From assembly GCF_009914755.1 (NCBI RefSeq), contig NC_060926.1: a stretch of 64,000 bases of DNA; one strand, written 5' to 3'. Positions within the stretch are counted from its first letter, which is position 1; each line of letters starts with the position of its first letter. The DNA is from the human T2T-CHM13v2.0 reference genome, Homo sapiens. Made by a program: the position numbers and the translations under genes. Of this stretch, positions 1 to 11,410 are shown piece after piece. The notes beneath the pieces were generated by a model. The model was not told where the DNA came from. It was given only the letters and a program-made list of their open reading frames with translations, and did no database searches.

Positions 1-573
1 ACACAATCCATATGTGTCATGATAAATAATGAATGTTTGACATAATGTGATCTCATTAAAATTTAATAACATAATAGCTTCAATACTTTTGGCCCCCATT
101 TTAGAATTGGCAAAAAAAAAATGAAAACATACCAGCATTGTCTAAAGTGATGCATTTCGCAAATGGAATGATTAGTATTTGAACACAGTCTGAGTTCAAA
201 CCACTTCAATAAAGCACACCAAGATGGCATGACACAGTGTGGGGATACCTGGCATATTCACTGCAAGACAGTGAGCATATATCCAGGAAAAATTGTAAAT
301 GGCAAAGGATTAGAAGATACCACTGAAGAGGTGGGTAGGACTAGATCTCTGAGGTGACAGGAAATTCCTCCTGTAAGAATGTGGGTGGCTACCTTTGCAT
401 TTTAGAAAGGGCTTTCATGTAGATAGCAACACATTGCCAGGAGATAGTTTAAATCTAAAATTTAGTGTTGGAAAATGCTCAGAGATCTCAAAAGCAACAA
501 ATTAAATTTGTAAACACAAACAAGTAAAAGATTATTCCAATGCTCTGTTCAAACAACAAAGGGAAAAACTGTG

Positions 574-1308
574 TGTTAACAAAAGACCAATGAGATCTGC
601 AAAAGCAAAACAACTTTATTATTTTCTTTTTATTATTATTATTTTAAATATTTGTGGGTACATAGTACGTGTATATGTTTCTGGGGTACTCGAGATGTTT
701 TGATACAGGCGTGCAATATGAAACAAGCACATCGTGGAGAATTGGGTGTCTTTCCCTTCAAGCATTTATCTTTTGAGTTACAAACAATCCAATTACATTC
801 TTTAACTTATTTTAAAATATTCAATTAAGTTGTTATTAACTACAGTCAACCTACAACTTTATTTTCTAAAAGCAATCTGCAGATTGCGGAGATGAAAGTG
901 CACTTTGAAGAGGGTCTGGAATGCAGGAGATTATGAAGGTAAAAACTGCAGGGCAGGGAAGGGGAGGCAGGGGAATGAGGAACAGAGTCTGGACCAGATG
1001 ACCTTTAAGCCCCATATCATCAGTCTTTCTTGATTGGCTGGTTCCAGGTGGTCAGCTGGTTGGCTCCAGGTGACTTGCTAGCGGTCAGCTGGGAAATTTC
1101 CAGCTGCAGTACTTTTCAGGAACTGTTCTTTGACTCAGTTGCAGAAAAACAGGTTCTGCAACACTTTCTAAGGACACAACAGAATGTGACTGCCCTCTCA
1201 CCCTGCCATGGCCTCTTGGTTCTGCTTGTAACTTTTGAGCCACAGGGAATCCATCTTGTCTGCTAACTGGAGGCACAATTTGAAATGTTCTTCTGATCCA
1301 CGTTCTCA
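574..1308 (-). mobile_element. Probable ERV1-type solo LTR (family unassigned), interrupted by an L1MA fragment
   Basis: TG start (tgttaacaaaagacc), reversed poly(A) signal TTTATT about 40 bp in, LTR-like internal repeats (gattggctggttccaggtg / ggttggctccaggtg), CA end near 1308; no TSD found. Confidence 0.4.
621..852 (-). mobile_element. L1MA (L1MA1-3-like) 3' end fragment
   Basis: Reverse 3' UTR text tttgtgggtacatagt...gagttacaaacaatccaattac; T-rich tail; TSD ACAACTTTATT at 610-620 and 853-863. Confidence 0.85.
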
Positions 1309-2126
1309 ATTTGTAAATCCACGTTTTTAATGTTTTATAATTATGGTTTGGACGGAGCTATAAAAAGTTGAAAGAGACTCTCAGCTATTTATCAGAGCTT
1401 TCCCTTTATGATAAGCACTCTAGGGAGAGGCTCATCCTAATTTGAAATAAAGTTAAGATCAGTTGTTCCAAAGGCATCCCCACTGCAAAATATGCTAACT
1501 TAACCAAAGCCCTGCATGTTGCTAAGTCAGGTTCATGAAACTGGCCCATACCTGCTGTAATAACTTCTTTAGGAGGGAAAAGCCACAATGGCAAAAGGCA
1601 ATAACAACTCAAAAAACAAACAAACAAAAACCCAAAAAACTAGTGGGGTTTTCATAGGAAGAGTAAAGCAGTGAGGTTAATCGCAGCAATAGGGTCAATC
1701 CAAGCTTCAAATGTAAGTACAAAGTTGTAAATAAAGAAGAAATACTCAAGTATCAAAGATGCCAATATTTGGGGGTGTTAAACTTGAACTATTATAGCAA
1801 ATGAAAGCTCAGAATAATGTAAAGAAAACCAATATGGAGCAAGAATTAATGGTTAAAAGTGTGTGGAGAATCCCAATGTGCTTATATGAGATACCCCAAG
1901 TAAGGGTGATTTTCACATTTTCTACTATTTCTATGCCTTGGACAGATTCTAGGTTAAAATAACAAAACTGTATATCATGTGGTTTTTCAAGAAGGCCAAT
2001 GCTAAACACTGAGCCATAATTTGGCTGTGGTCAGCATTATATAGAAAACAGACCAGGCTACACAAATATTCACAATCCCAGAATTAGATTATTTTCTCAC
2101 CTTTTAACCACACGGTATTTACACAT

Positions 2127-2733
2127 TGTTAAGGTTAGAAAATCATGCCCTAATATATGGTGCTTTGACGTGATGAACTAAAGGAGCAAATGTAGAGAGC
2201 CTCAAGGTCTCTCTGATCCCATCCCTCAATTCTCTCAATCCTTTGTCTCTCCCAAAGCACAGGATGAAGCTCTTCTCTGAGGTTCCCTTATTTACCTAGA
2301 AACTGGACTCCCAAAGAGGAACAGAATCGCCTTCCATCCCCTCCCAGAAACCTCATTACCAATAGCAAGAAAGAAGATTGAGGAATGCAACCACACATGG
2401 ATGGACTTTCACCAGATGATGTCTTCCTTTCAGTCTCATTCCAATTATAAAGATAATTATTTACAAGTTAATTTCTGTCTCCTGATGTCCATTTATTCTT
2501 CCTAGTAATCATTTATCCTTCTAAAGAATTGAGCACATTTCCCCTACTTCCATCTCCCTATTGAAGTGGGTATATAAACATCAAACATTTGGCCTTTTCT
2601 TTGAGATTTTATATCATGTGTGACTCCTGTGCATAGATGTATATGTGATAAAGTTGTTATGCTTTTCTCTTGTTAATCTGTCTTGTTAAAGTGGTGTCAT
2701 AGAGAAAGAGATCACCTTCTTTCTGCCCCTACA
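2127..2733 (+). mobile_element. MER39/MER34-group ERV1 solo LTR
   Basis: TG...CA termini; atatggtgctttgac...gaactaaaggag...cctcaaggtctctctga start; ttttctcttgttaatctgtc...gcccctaca end; near-TSD ACAT/ATAT. Confidence 0.75.
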
Positions 2734-2944
2734 ATATAAAAGAAAGATTTTTTTCTATCATATGAGAGAAATTAGATATAAAACCCTGACAGCAAAGAAC
2801 ACACCTATCACCCAGATCTTGGTTTCTAACATATTCTCCAATAAAAGGAGCCAGGACTACATGGAAAAATCGTTAATTCTAAGATTGGGACAGAAAACAT
2901 ACACAATGAGCCTGGGATACATGCCAGAAAATAAGTACTAAAAG

Positions 2945-2947
<3 letters not shown>

Positions 2948-2979
<32 letters not shown>
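2948..2979. repeat. (GA)16 microsatellite
   Basis: Direct read. Confidence 0.95.
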
Positions 2980-2987
<8 letters not shown>

Positions 2988-3385
2988 CCCATATTGACGG
3001 CAGTATGTCAAAAGGACACAGGAGTCAACTGAATGAACTCCCAAGCACCAAAGTTAGAACAATTTGAGCAACCAAATAAAGCCATATTGTATTATCACAC
3101 AAAGTATAAAATAAATACACATGGGTTTGTACTAGTATAAATAAAATATTGAATAAATTAATAAATGAATGAAGGGAAAAAGACAAATCTCCCATGTAGA
3201 AAAATTCCATGTAATTTATGTAAATATTCTGTCCACTTCTTAAGTATGGATTGGGTGTAGTTACTAATTTCCAATGAATTTAGCATGAAAAGGAGGAATG
3301 CAAGGAAAAAAACATGATAATGGAGACACCTGACAAAGGCTACCTCAACCAAGTGATCAATGTTATCATTAACAATAATGGTATG

Positions 3386-3660
3386 GGTCAAGTGAGGTGG
3401 CTCATCCCTGTAACCCCAGAACGTTGGGAGGCAAAGGTAGGAGGAGACTTTGAGGCCAGGAGTTTAAGACCAGACTGGACAACATAGCAAGACCTGTCTC
3501 TACAAAAAAAATTTAAAATGAGCTGGGCCTGGACCTAGGAGGCTGAGGTGAGAAGATGACTTGAGCCTAGGAGTTTGAGGCTGCAGTGAGCTATGAGCAT
3601 CCCACCACACTCTAGCCTGTGTAGCAGAGTAAGACACTGTCTCTTATAAAACAGAAAAAA
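3386..3660 (+). mobile_element. AluJ with short deletion at start of right arm
   Basis: Dimeric Alu; J-type aacatagcaagacc and tttgaggctgcagtgagctatg. Confidence 0.9.
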
Positions 3661-5181
3661 AATTAGTGTGTACGCTTGATATTATGAGATGAAAATACTC
3701 ACGCTTGATATTATGGGATAAAAATACTTAACTCCTTTTCACTTCCTTCCCAAAATCCACAACTCCAGTCAAAGCATGAGAAAAAAAATAGACTTTCCAA
3801 TTGAGTGGTATTCTACCAAATATTCCTTAAAACTATCAAGGTCATTAAAACCAAGGGAAACACAAAAAACTGTCACAGCCAAGAGCAACCTAAGGAGACA
3901 TGAATAAATGCAATGATGGTAGCTTGGATGAGATCCTGGAACAAAAAAAGAATATTAAATAAAAACTAAGGTAGTCTAAATAAAATATGGACTTTAGTCA
4001 ATAGCAATATGTCAATATTGGTTCATTAATTGCAACAAATGTACCGTATAAATACTGTTAATAATTGGGAAAACTAGAGTTTTTCTGTAAATCCCAAGCT
4101 ATCCTAAACATATTATTTAAAAACAAAAAAAAAGAGAAATTTTTTTCCCACTCACACAAAATACCAATGTTAACTTTCCTTTCTCCTTCCACCTCGTTTT
4201 TTGCCACATGCAGATAGGAATTTGGTGGAGTTCACAGCTATAAAGGAAGTATAGATTTTGTCAGTCTCTTGCCAATTTAGTTTTGTAGACTGAATAATTC
4301 TCCAGCAATTAAAATACATTTAAAACAGATTGTACTTTTAATGTAAATTTAGGGTACAGAACAAGAATATGAAGTCATCAAGAAACAAAAGAAAGGAGAA
4401 GGGCACACCCCAGCTAACTCAGAGCTGCCACTAGAAGAAAAAGGAAATTTCCTATATTTCTACTCCTAATTCGCTCCTCCCTTGTATTCCACTCTCTACC
4501 GAAGCTTCAACAGGATACAGCCCCCTAAATCTCACCATCAAAAGCTGAAGGATAGAGCAATTAATAATGGAGAAGTCATCAAGTACTTTAAAAGGCAGGC
4601 ACTCCACCGGCCTCCTACATTAGGCATGGTTAGATTGTCACAAGTCCTTATTTGCTGTAGGCAACATATAAGGAAAAGAGGCGTGTGGTTACCCCCAGAT
4701 TCTGTAATCACTCCAAATCTTAGAGGAGACTCTCTGGCCAGAAGAAAACAATAGAGTGTCTTCACTACAGAAGATAGAGTCTATATTATCATTGAAACTG
4801 GTCTTTCCAGATATTTATAAATATAAACCAATTACAACAATAACACAATATTCAAGAAATATAGAAAGCAGCAGCCGCTCAAAAGACAAAAGGGAAAGGT
4901 AAGCTTAACATATAAAACATTAAAATGCCAGACATTAATAAAATTTAAGTAGATATTGGATTAATTAAAATAATAGCTTGGCAGGTCTGAAAAGGAGGAA
5001 ACAAACAGAATCATGGGATAGAGTTCTTGAAAATAACAGAGTTTGTTTGCAAAATCAATAAACTCCCAATACATACCAGAATGTACATTGGCATTTAGAA
5101 AACCAGTGCAAACTCCTCAAATGTGGCAAAAAGAAAAATGAAGGAAACTATGAGAAAAGATGAGACTTAGTTGATACACTT

Positions 5182-5399
5182 ATTTATTCTTTTTTTTTTT
5201 TTTTGAGACAGAGTTTCACTCCGTCACCCAGATTGGAATGTGGTGGTGTAATCGCCCAGTTATTTTTCTTTTTATTTTTTGTAGAGACAGAGTCTCACCA
5301 TGTTGCCCAGACTGGTCTCGAACTCCCAAGCACAAGTGATCCTCCCGCCTCAGCCTTGCAAAGTGCTGGAATTACGGTCCTGAGCCACAATGCCTGGCC
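5182..5399 (-). mobile_element. AluJ with large internal deletion of the right arm
   Basis: T tail, Alu text, TSD AGTTGATACA(C/T)TTA at 5169-5182 and 5400-5413. Confidence 0.9.
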
Positions 5400-5471
5400 A
5401 GTTGATACATTTAGGGAAGTCATTACTGATATAATATGACAATGTAAGAAGAGAATGGAGATATTCTTGGA

Positions 5472-6760
5472 TTAAGATGATGAATAGGAGGCAGAAGTAG
5501 CTTGCAGCCCCGGCTCAGACAGACAGAGCAGCGTGTGGAGACTCACATCGTGAACTTTTGCTCCAAGAACTACCTCAGGAACACACCAGGAAAGCTGAGA
5601 GAATCCACAACCCTTTGAAGAAACTGAATTACTGCTGCAGGCTCTCGGAGATGCCAAAAAACTGTGAGTTGGCTTGCTTTCTCAACGGCGAGGCTTGTGG
5701 TCTGGTGCAAGTTCTCAGCTCTGATCTCCAGCTTCCTGGAAATAGACTCAGTGCTGTTGCAGGGGCACAGTGGGAGTGAGACCAGCCTTTAGGCACATAG
5801 TCATCAGGTTATCTAAAGTCAAGATGAAGGAAAAAATCTTAAGAGCTGTGAGGCAAGAACATCAGGTAACCTATAAAGGAAAACTTATCAAGTTAACAGC
5901 AGATTTCTCAGCAGAAACTCTACAGCTAGAAGGAATTGGGATCCAATTTTTAGCTTCCTTAAACAAAACAATTATCAGCCAGGAATTCTGTATCCAGTGA
6001 AATCAAGGTTCATAAATGAAAGAAAGATATAGTCATTTCCAGGCAAACAAATGCTGAGAGAATTCGTCACCATAAAGCCAACACTACAAGAACTGCTAAA
6101 AGGAGCTCTAAATCTTGAAGTAAATCCTCAAAATACATCAAAGTAGAACATTGTGGAAAACACTATGGCTATTCCTCAAATAACTAAAAACAGAGTTACC
6201 ATTCAACCCAGCAACCCCACTACTGTGTATACACCTAAAAGAATATATATCATTCTACCACAAAGACACATGCACACATATGTTCATTGCAGCATTATTC
6301 ACAACAGCAAAGACATGGAATCAACCTAAATGCCCATCAGCAGTAGACTGGATAAAGAAAATATGGTCCTTATATACCATGGAATACTACACAGCCATAA
6401 AAAGAACAAGATCATGTCCTTTGCAGGAACATGGATGGAACTGGAGGCCATTATCCTTAGCAAACTAACTCAGGAACAGAAAATTAAATACTACATGTTC
6501 TCAGTTATAAGTGTGAGCTAAGTAATGAGAAAACACAGATAGAAAAGGAGGAACAACAGACACTAGTGCCTACTTGAGAGTGGAGGATGGGAAAAGGGAG
6601 AGGTACCAAAAACAAAAAACTAGGACACTATGCTTAGTACTTGGGTGATGAAATCATCTGCACACCAAACCCCCAAGTCATGAGTTTACCTATTTCACAA
6701 GCCTGCACATGTACCCCTGAATCTAAAATAAGCGCTTAAATATTTAAAAATAAAATAAAA
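5472..6760 (+). mobile_element. Chimeric/deleted mini-L1: L1PB-type 5' UTR + ORF1 C-terminus + L1PA13-16-type ORF2 end and 3' UTR
   Basis: ORF 5770-6000 RHIVIRLSKVKMKEKILRAVRQ (ORF1); ORF 6280-6468 [20 protein letters not shown] (ORF2 C-term); 5790-6149 aligns by eye with 56421-56778. Confidence 0.85.
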
Positions 6761-6815
6761 CTTAAAAGTGCATACCATCTTTACTTTCAATACATCTGCC
6801 CACAGAATTCCTACT

Positions 6816-6995
6816 CAGGACCAGCTACATAATTTGTGGCACCCAGTGCAAAATAAATATCCAGAGGCCCTCACTAAAATTGTCAAGAATTCAAGACAGC
6901 AGAGCATTAAACCAAGAGTGCGAGCCTTCTAAGCAAGGAGCAAGAGTGTGAGCCTTCTGAGCAAGGAGCCCTGTGGAACATGAAGGTTGCCCTTT
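6816..6995 (-). mobile_element. MER45A (hAT-Tip100 non-autonomous DNA transposon) with a 28-bp internal tandem duplication
   Basis: caggaccagctacataatttgtggcacccagtgcaaaat...cagcagagcattaaaccaag; duplicated unit at 6913-6940 / 6941-6968. Confidence 0.8.
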
Positions 6996-7004
6996 CTGCT
7001 GAAC

Positions 7005-7268
7005 AACTCTTCAGGGCTCAATTCAAATTCCACCTCTTCAATGAACTCTCCCTGGTACTCTAGTTGGCATAAATCTCTTCCTCCTCTGATACCCATAAAA
7101 CCTAGCTCCTTCTGTCTTGAGTTCTGAATAATTGTGAACACAAGTGCTACCCTAATTGTACCACAGGTCTTAAAGAAGCTTTCATCTGAAGCATGTGTAT
7201 ATCACATGGTGTTTGGCATATTGTCTCACACATAACAAGAGCTGAAAAATGTTGATCAAAACTGAATA
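7005..7268 (+). mobile_element. L2 3' fragment
   Basis: ttcagggctcaattcaaattccacctcttc...aaatgttgat...tgaat. Confidence 0.5.
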
Positions 7269-7339
7269 TCAAAAATCATTGCTTCAATTGCAATAAACAC
7301 CAAAGGGCCATAAGAATGACTTAGACAGCCTTTGCATTT

Positions 7340-7545
7340 TGGCATCAAAAGACTAACAATTAAACTTCAACTTCCCATTGGCTGATATGTAATTTTAAAT
7401 AATTAATTTAAACTCATTCAGTTGTAAAATCTTTATCTGTAAAATAACAACTGCTTTACAAGGTTGACAGTAGGTACTTAATGTATTTATTAATAAAGCA
7501 GAAGAAAAAGTGCTAGAAAGCACTTTATAAACTCAAAAATGATTT
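7340..7545 (+). mobile_element. MIR fragment
   Basis: Core tttatctgtaaaataa and 3' aaagcactttataaact. Confidence 0.5.
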
Positions 7546-8119
7546 GCAAGCCCATGATATCTATAGCAGTTATTTTCAAAGGGAGTTTAAATCACAAAAT
7601 TCTCCAGAATCTTTCAGTAAGACTTGATCACAAATTATTACTTTTTAGTAATAATTCCAGTTAATACTAACATATTTGCTTTTTTCCTAAGACAATTTCA
7701 ATCATAAATGTATGTAGTTATGTATTGATTAAGATTTCTTAATTGTAGATAAAATTCATTCTAACCATTGCAGGTGAAATTAAAACGGTATTGCATGAAA
7801 TTTCCAGGAGGTCCAGGGAACTAAGGTTAAATGTTACACAATAAGGAACAATGCAGCTAGAAACATTGTATCAAGAAAAATGCCCAGTCTAACCACGGGA
7901 TTATTGCAGCGAAAGATTTTTGTCAGGCTCCGTTTTATCATCAATGATGCTAAGGCTCAAATCCCAGAGACTCCTGATCCAGAAGTACTGAATGCCTCTA
8001 TCACCACGTTTTTGAAAGATATGATCAGCTGGGGGATTATTGCTCCCATCTCATATTGCTCATTTCCACCCTAAGACTTCAGTGTGTGTAGCTCCTTGAC
8101 AGAACCACAGTCACAAACG

Positions 8120-8270
8120 TAAGCATGGCTGGGTAGAAATACTTGTGAAACATTCAAATTCTTGGCCCTAATTTTCAGGGATTCTAGTTCAGTTAGACGT
8201 GTGTGAAGTCTAGGGTCTACTTTGTTAGGAACAGCCCTGCACAATTCTAAAGCATCTAGTCTGGCCATAT
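8120..8270. mobile_element. MER5-type hAT-Charlie MITE remnant
   Basis: cttgtgaaacattcaaattcttggccc...gattctagttcagttag...aattctaaagca. Confidence 0.5.
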
Positions 8271-8364
8271 ATATATTCAGAGATCACAGCTAAGGCACTG
8301 CACCAAGGAACATCACTTGCATGGTCGGAATCTCAACTGAAAAATGTAACAAAAAGTAAAATAT

Positions 8365-9995
8365 GCCTGTATCACTCCCCTCCATAAACCCTGTAAAGTT
8401 TTCCTAATACATCTTGATAATGTTCAAACACTAGCTTGGTATATGAAAAACTCACAGAGGCTTCCTCCTCTGCCTTACTAACCATTCCTATCACCCATTC
8501 AACATTTCAACCAGATCAAACTACTAGCAACTCACTGAAGAACTCAGATACTCTGAGGTCTCCATGTTTTTCCTCATTTGATTCCCTCTCCCTTATCAGG
8601 GGAAATTCAGCCAGATATCGGGCGAAATTCACCCCTGATATTTCACATAGGTTATTTTCTATTTTCCTTAAGTGTTGGCCGGTCTGAGAAATAAAGAGAC
8701 AGAGTACAAAGAGAGAAATTTTAAAGCTGGGTGTCCAGGGGAGACATCACATGTCGGCAGGTTCCGTGATGCCCCCTGAGCCGTAAAACCAGCAAGGTTT
8801 TATTAGTGATTTTCAAAAGGGGAGGGAGTGTACGAATAGGGTGTGGGTCACAGAGATTGCATGCTTCACAAGGTAATAAGATATCACAAGGTAAATGGAG
8901 GCAGGGCGAGATCACAGGACCACAGGACCGGGGTGAAATTAAAATTGCTAATGAAGTTTTGGGCATGCATTTTCATTGATAACATCTTATCAGGAGACAA
9001 GGTTTGAGAGCAGACAACCGGTCTGACCAAAATTTATTAGGTGGGAATTTCCTCGTCCTTATAAGCCTGGGAGCACTATGGGAGACTGGGGCTTATTTCA
9101 TCCCTACAGCTGCAACCGTAAAAGACAGCCGCTCCTGAAGCGGCCATTTCAGAGGCCTACCCTCAAGGACGCATTCTCTTTCTCAGGGATGTTCCTTGCT
9201 GAGAAAAAGAATTCAGCAATATTTCTCCCATTTGCTTTTGAAAGAAGAGAAATATGGCTCTGTTCCGCCAGGCTCACCGGTGGTCAGGGTTTAAGGTTAT
9301 CTCTCTCTTGTTCCCTGAACATTGCTGTTTTCCTGTTCTTTTTTCAAGGTGCCTAGATTTCATATTGTTCAAACACACATGCTCTACAAACAATTGTGCA
9401 GTTAACGCAATCATCACAGGGTCCTGAGGCGACATATATCCTCCTCAGCTTACAAAGATGACAGGATTAAGAGATTAAAGACAGGCATAGGAAATCACAA
9501 GGGTATTGAATGGGGAAGTGATAAGTGTCCATGAAATCTTCACAAATTATATTTAGAGATTGCAGTAAAGACAGGCGTAAGAAATTATAAAAGTATTAAT
9601 TTGGGGAACTAATAAATGTCCATGAAATCTTCACAACATATGTTCTTCTGCCATGGCTTCAGCTGGTCCCTCTGTTTGGGGTCCCTGACTTCCCGCAATA
9701 CTCCCTGGAATTTTCTTTTTATCTTACACCATTCTCAAATACCTGCTCAGAAGCTCAAACATCATCTGCTCTGTGGAGCAATTCACGACCCACCAACATC
9801 ATTTATTCCTTTGGGGTCTCTTCATAACTACTACATGTCTACCTTATAGTACCAACCACATGGCAATTAGATTTTACAGGCTTGGCTTCCTTTCTAGCCT
9901 GTCGATATTTTGACTATTATTCAATGCTGGATTTCCTGTATCTAGCTCAGTGACTAGCATGTAATAGAAACTCACAAATGTTGGATGAATGAATC
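8365..9995 (+). mobile_element. L2 3' region split by a MER11 LTR
   Basis: L2-like text on both sides of the LTR; ends in aaatgttggatgaatgaat. Confidence 0.65.
8594..9700 (-). mobile_element. MER11 (MER11B/C; HERV-K11/HML-8) solo LTR, 1107 bp
   Basis: Reverse of t(g/a)ttgcgggaagtcagggacccc...; internal repeat gtccatgaaatcttcacaa twice; perfect 6-bp TSD CTCCCT at 8588-8593 and 9701-9706. Confidence 0.93.
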
Positions 9996-10034
9996 CGTGT
10001 ATGCTACTTATCTAACCTAAATCACCATATAACC

Positions 10035-10445
10035 CGTGTATGAGTTAGCTTCCTGGAAACAAACTTTGAGAGGATAATTTGCATTCAGGAAGTTAATTAG
10101 TAACACCCTCGGTATCAGCATCTGTAAAGGGGTAAGCAAAGCAGTCCCCTGCAGAAGAGAAGTTGAACTGTAGTAAAATTTCAACAAATACCAGCCAATC
10201 CCACAGGAATCTCTGGATAGTTGTACACTGAGGGAAGGGGGCCAGGGATGTTCCTCCACCTCATATTGATTGACTAGTCACTGGTGTTAGATAGCCTCAT
10301 GGAAAGGGCATTATTTGGGGCCAGGGAGCTCTTTTTGGCCATGAGCAATTTTCAGCTCTCAATAACCAGTACTCTCATTAGTTGGGTAAATGAGTGCTTC
10401 CATTCTGAAAGTGGTATCTGTGTGGTGTTCACTAAATGCCCCATG
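10035..10445 (-). mobile_element. ERVL LTR (LTR16A/LTR33-like)
   Basis: ttcctggaaacaaactttgag...gagaagttgaactgtag...ccaatcccacaggaatctctgga...ctgaaagtggtatctg. Confidence 0.65.
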
Positions 10446-10696
10446 TACTAATTTGAATTAAATTAAAGTACATTCTTTACAACAAATTTATTCTTAAAAT
10501 GCAATCCCAACCTTGAATTTACATTTCTATGAAAGAGTAATAGGGTTTCCATTAATACCCACTAGCCCTTCTGACATATCTTCCTCGTTCTTTATTTTTC
10601 AATTGTTTACATTTTATGCTCTTACTTGCCACCAGTGACTGTTTTTCTCTATCCTTCCCTCTCTGATCTTCAGCTTTTTATCCTCCCTTGTCCTTC

Positions 10697-11410
10697 TGTT
10701 ACTAGCAGTGAATCTTTATAGGTCTGAAGCAACCTCAATTCTTGCTCCTCAAAAGAAAGAATTCATCTGAGGGGCATAAGGCAGAGGGAGAAACTGAGAC
10801 AACTTTTAGAGCAGGAGAGAAAGTTTTTTATAAAAGTATTATAGCAGAAATGAAAGGAAGTAAATTATACTTGGAAGAGGGCCAAGCGGGTGACTCAAGA
10901 GATCAAGTGCCTGGTTTGACCTTTGACTTGAGGTCTAATACATCAGCATGCTTCTGGAGGGTTGCACCCCTTTTCCCCTGATTCCTCCCTTGGGGTGGGC
11001 TATCTGCATGCATAGTGGACTGCCAGATCTCGGGAGGGGCTGCATGCACAGTGTGTTTACTCAAGTTGTATGCATGCTCACTTGAGGCATTCTTCTCTTA
11101 CCAGTCCAGTATTCTTAGAAGAAGGTCATTTACCAGTTAAACTCTGTCATTTTGCCTCTTAGTGTGCAAGCTTGAGCCCACTTGCCCAGTTCCTGAGATC
11201 CTATTAGGAAGCTCCTGATCACCCGTTTCAGGTGTTTCTATCTATCGGAGATTGCCTTCCCTGGCACCAGCTGCGACCAATTATTATTTTAGCGAGGTAC
11301 TGTAACTACCCGACCATCACCTGGTGGTCACTTGACATTCCTGATTGTAGGGGGTGGAGGGTTGACACTCTCCTGCCCTGCCCATATATGAGTAACTACC
11401 GACTGTAACA
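10697..11410 (-). mobile_element. MER50 ERV1 solo LTR
   Basis: TGTTA...TAACA termini; gaggggcataaggcagagggaga; ctctcctgccctgccc...ctaccgactgtaaca. Confidence 0.85.

Larger units (their letters stand above)
2740..4130 (+). mobile_element. Old L1MC-class 3' UTR, interrupted by a (GA)n and an AluJ
   Basis: Motifs gtcaaaaggacacaggag, gaacaatttgagcaac, aactgtcacagccaagag, tatggactttagt, ending in an A-rich tail. Confidence 0.75.

Noticed and set aside
4400-5460. Possible ancient L1/HAL1 5'-ORF1 remnant
   Set aside because: A-rich and suggestive, but too degenerate to support by eye.
7880-8074. 64-aa ATG ORF in unique sequence
   Set aside because: Length expected by chance; no recognisable homology or exon context.
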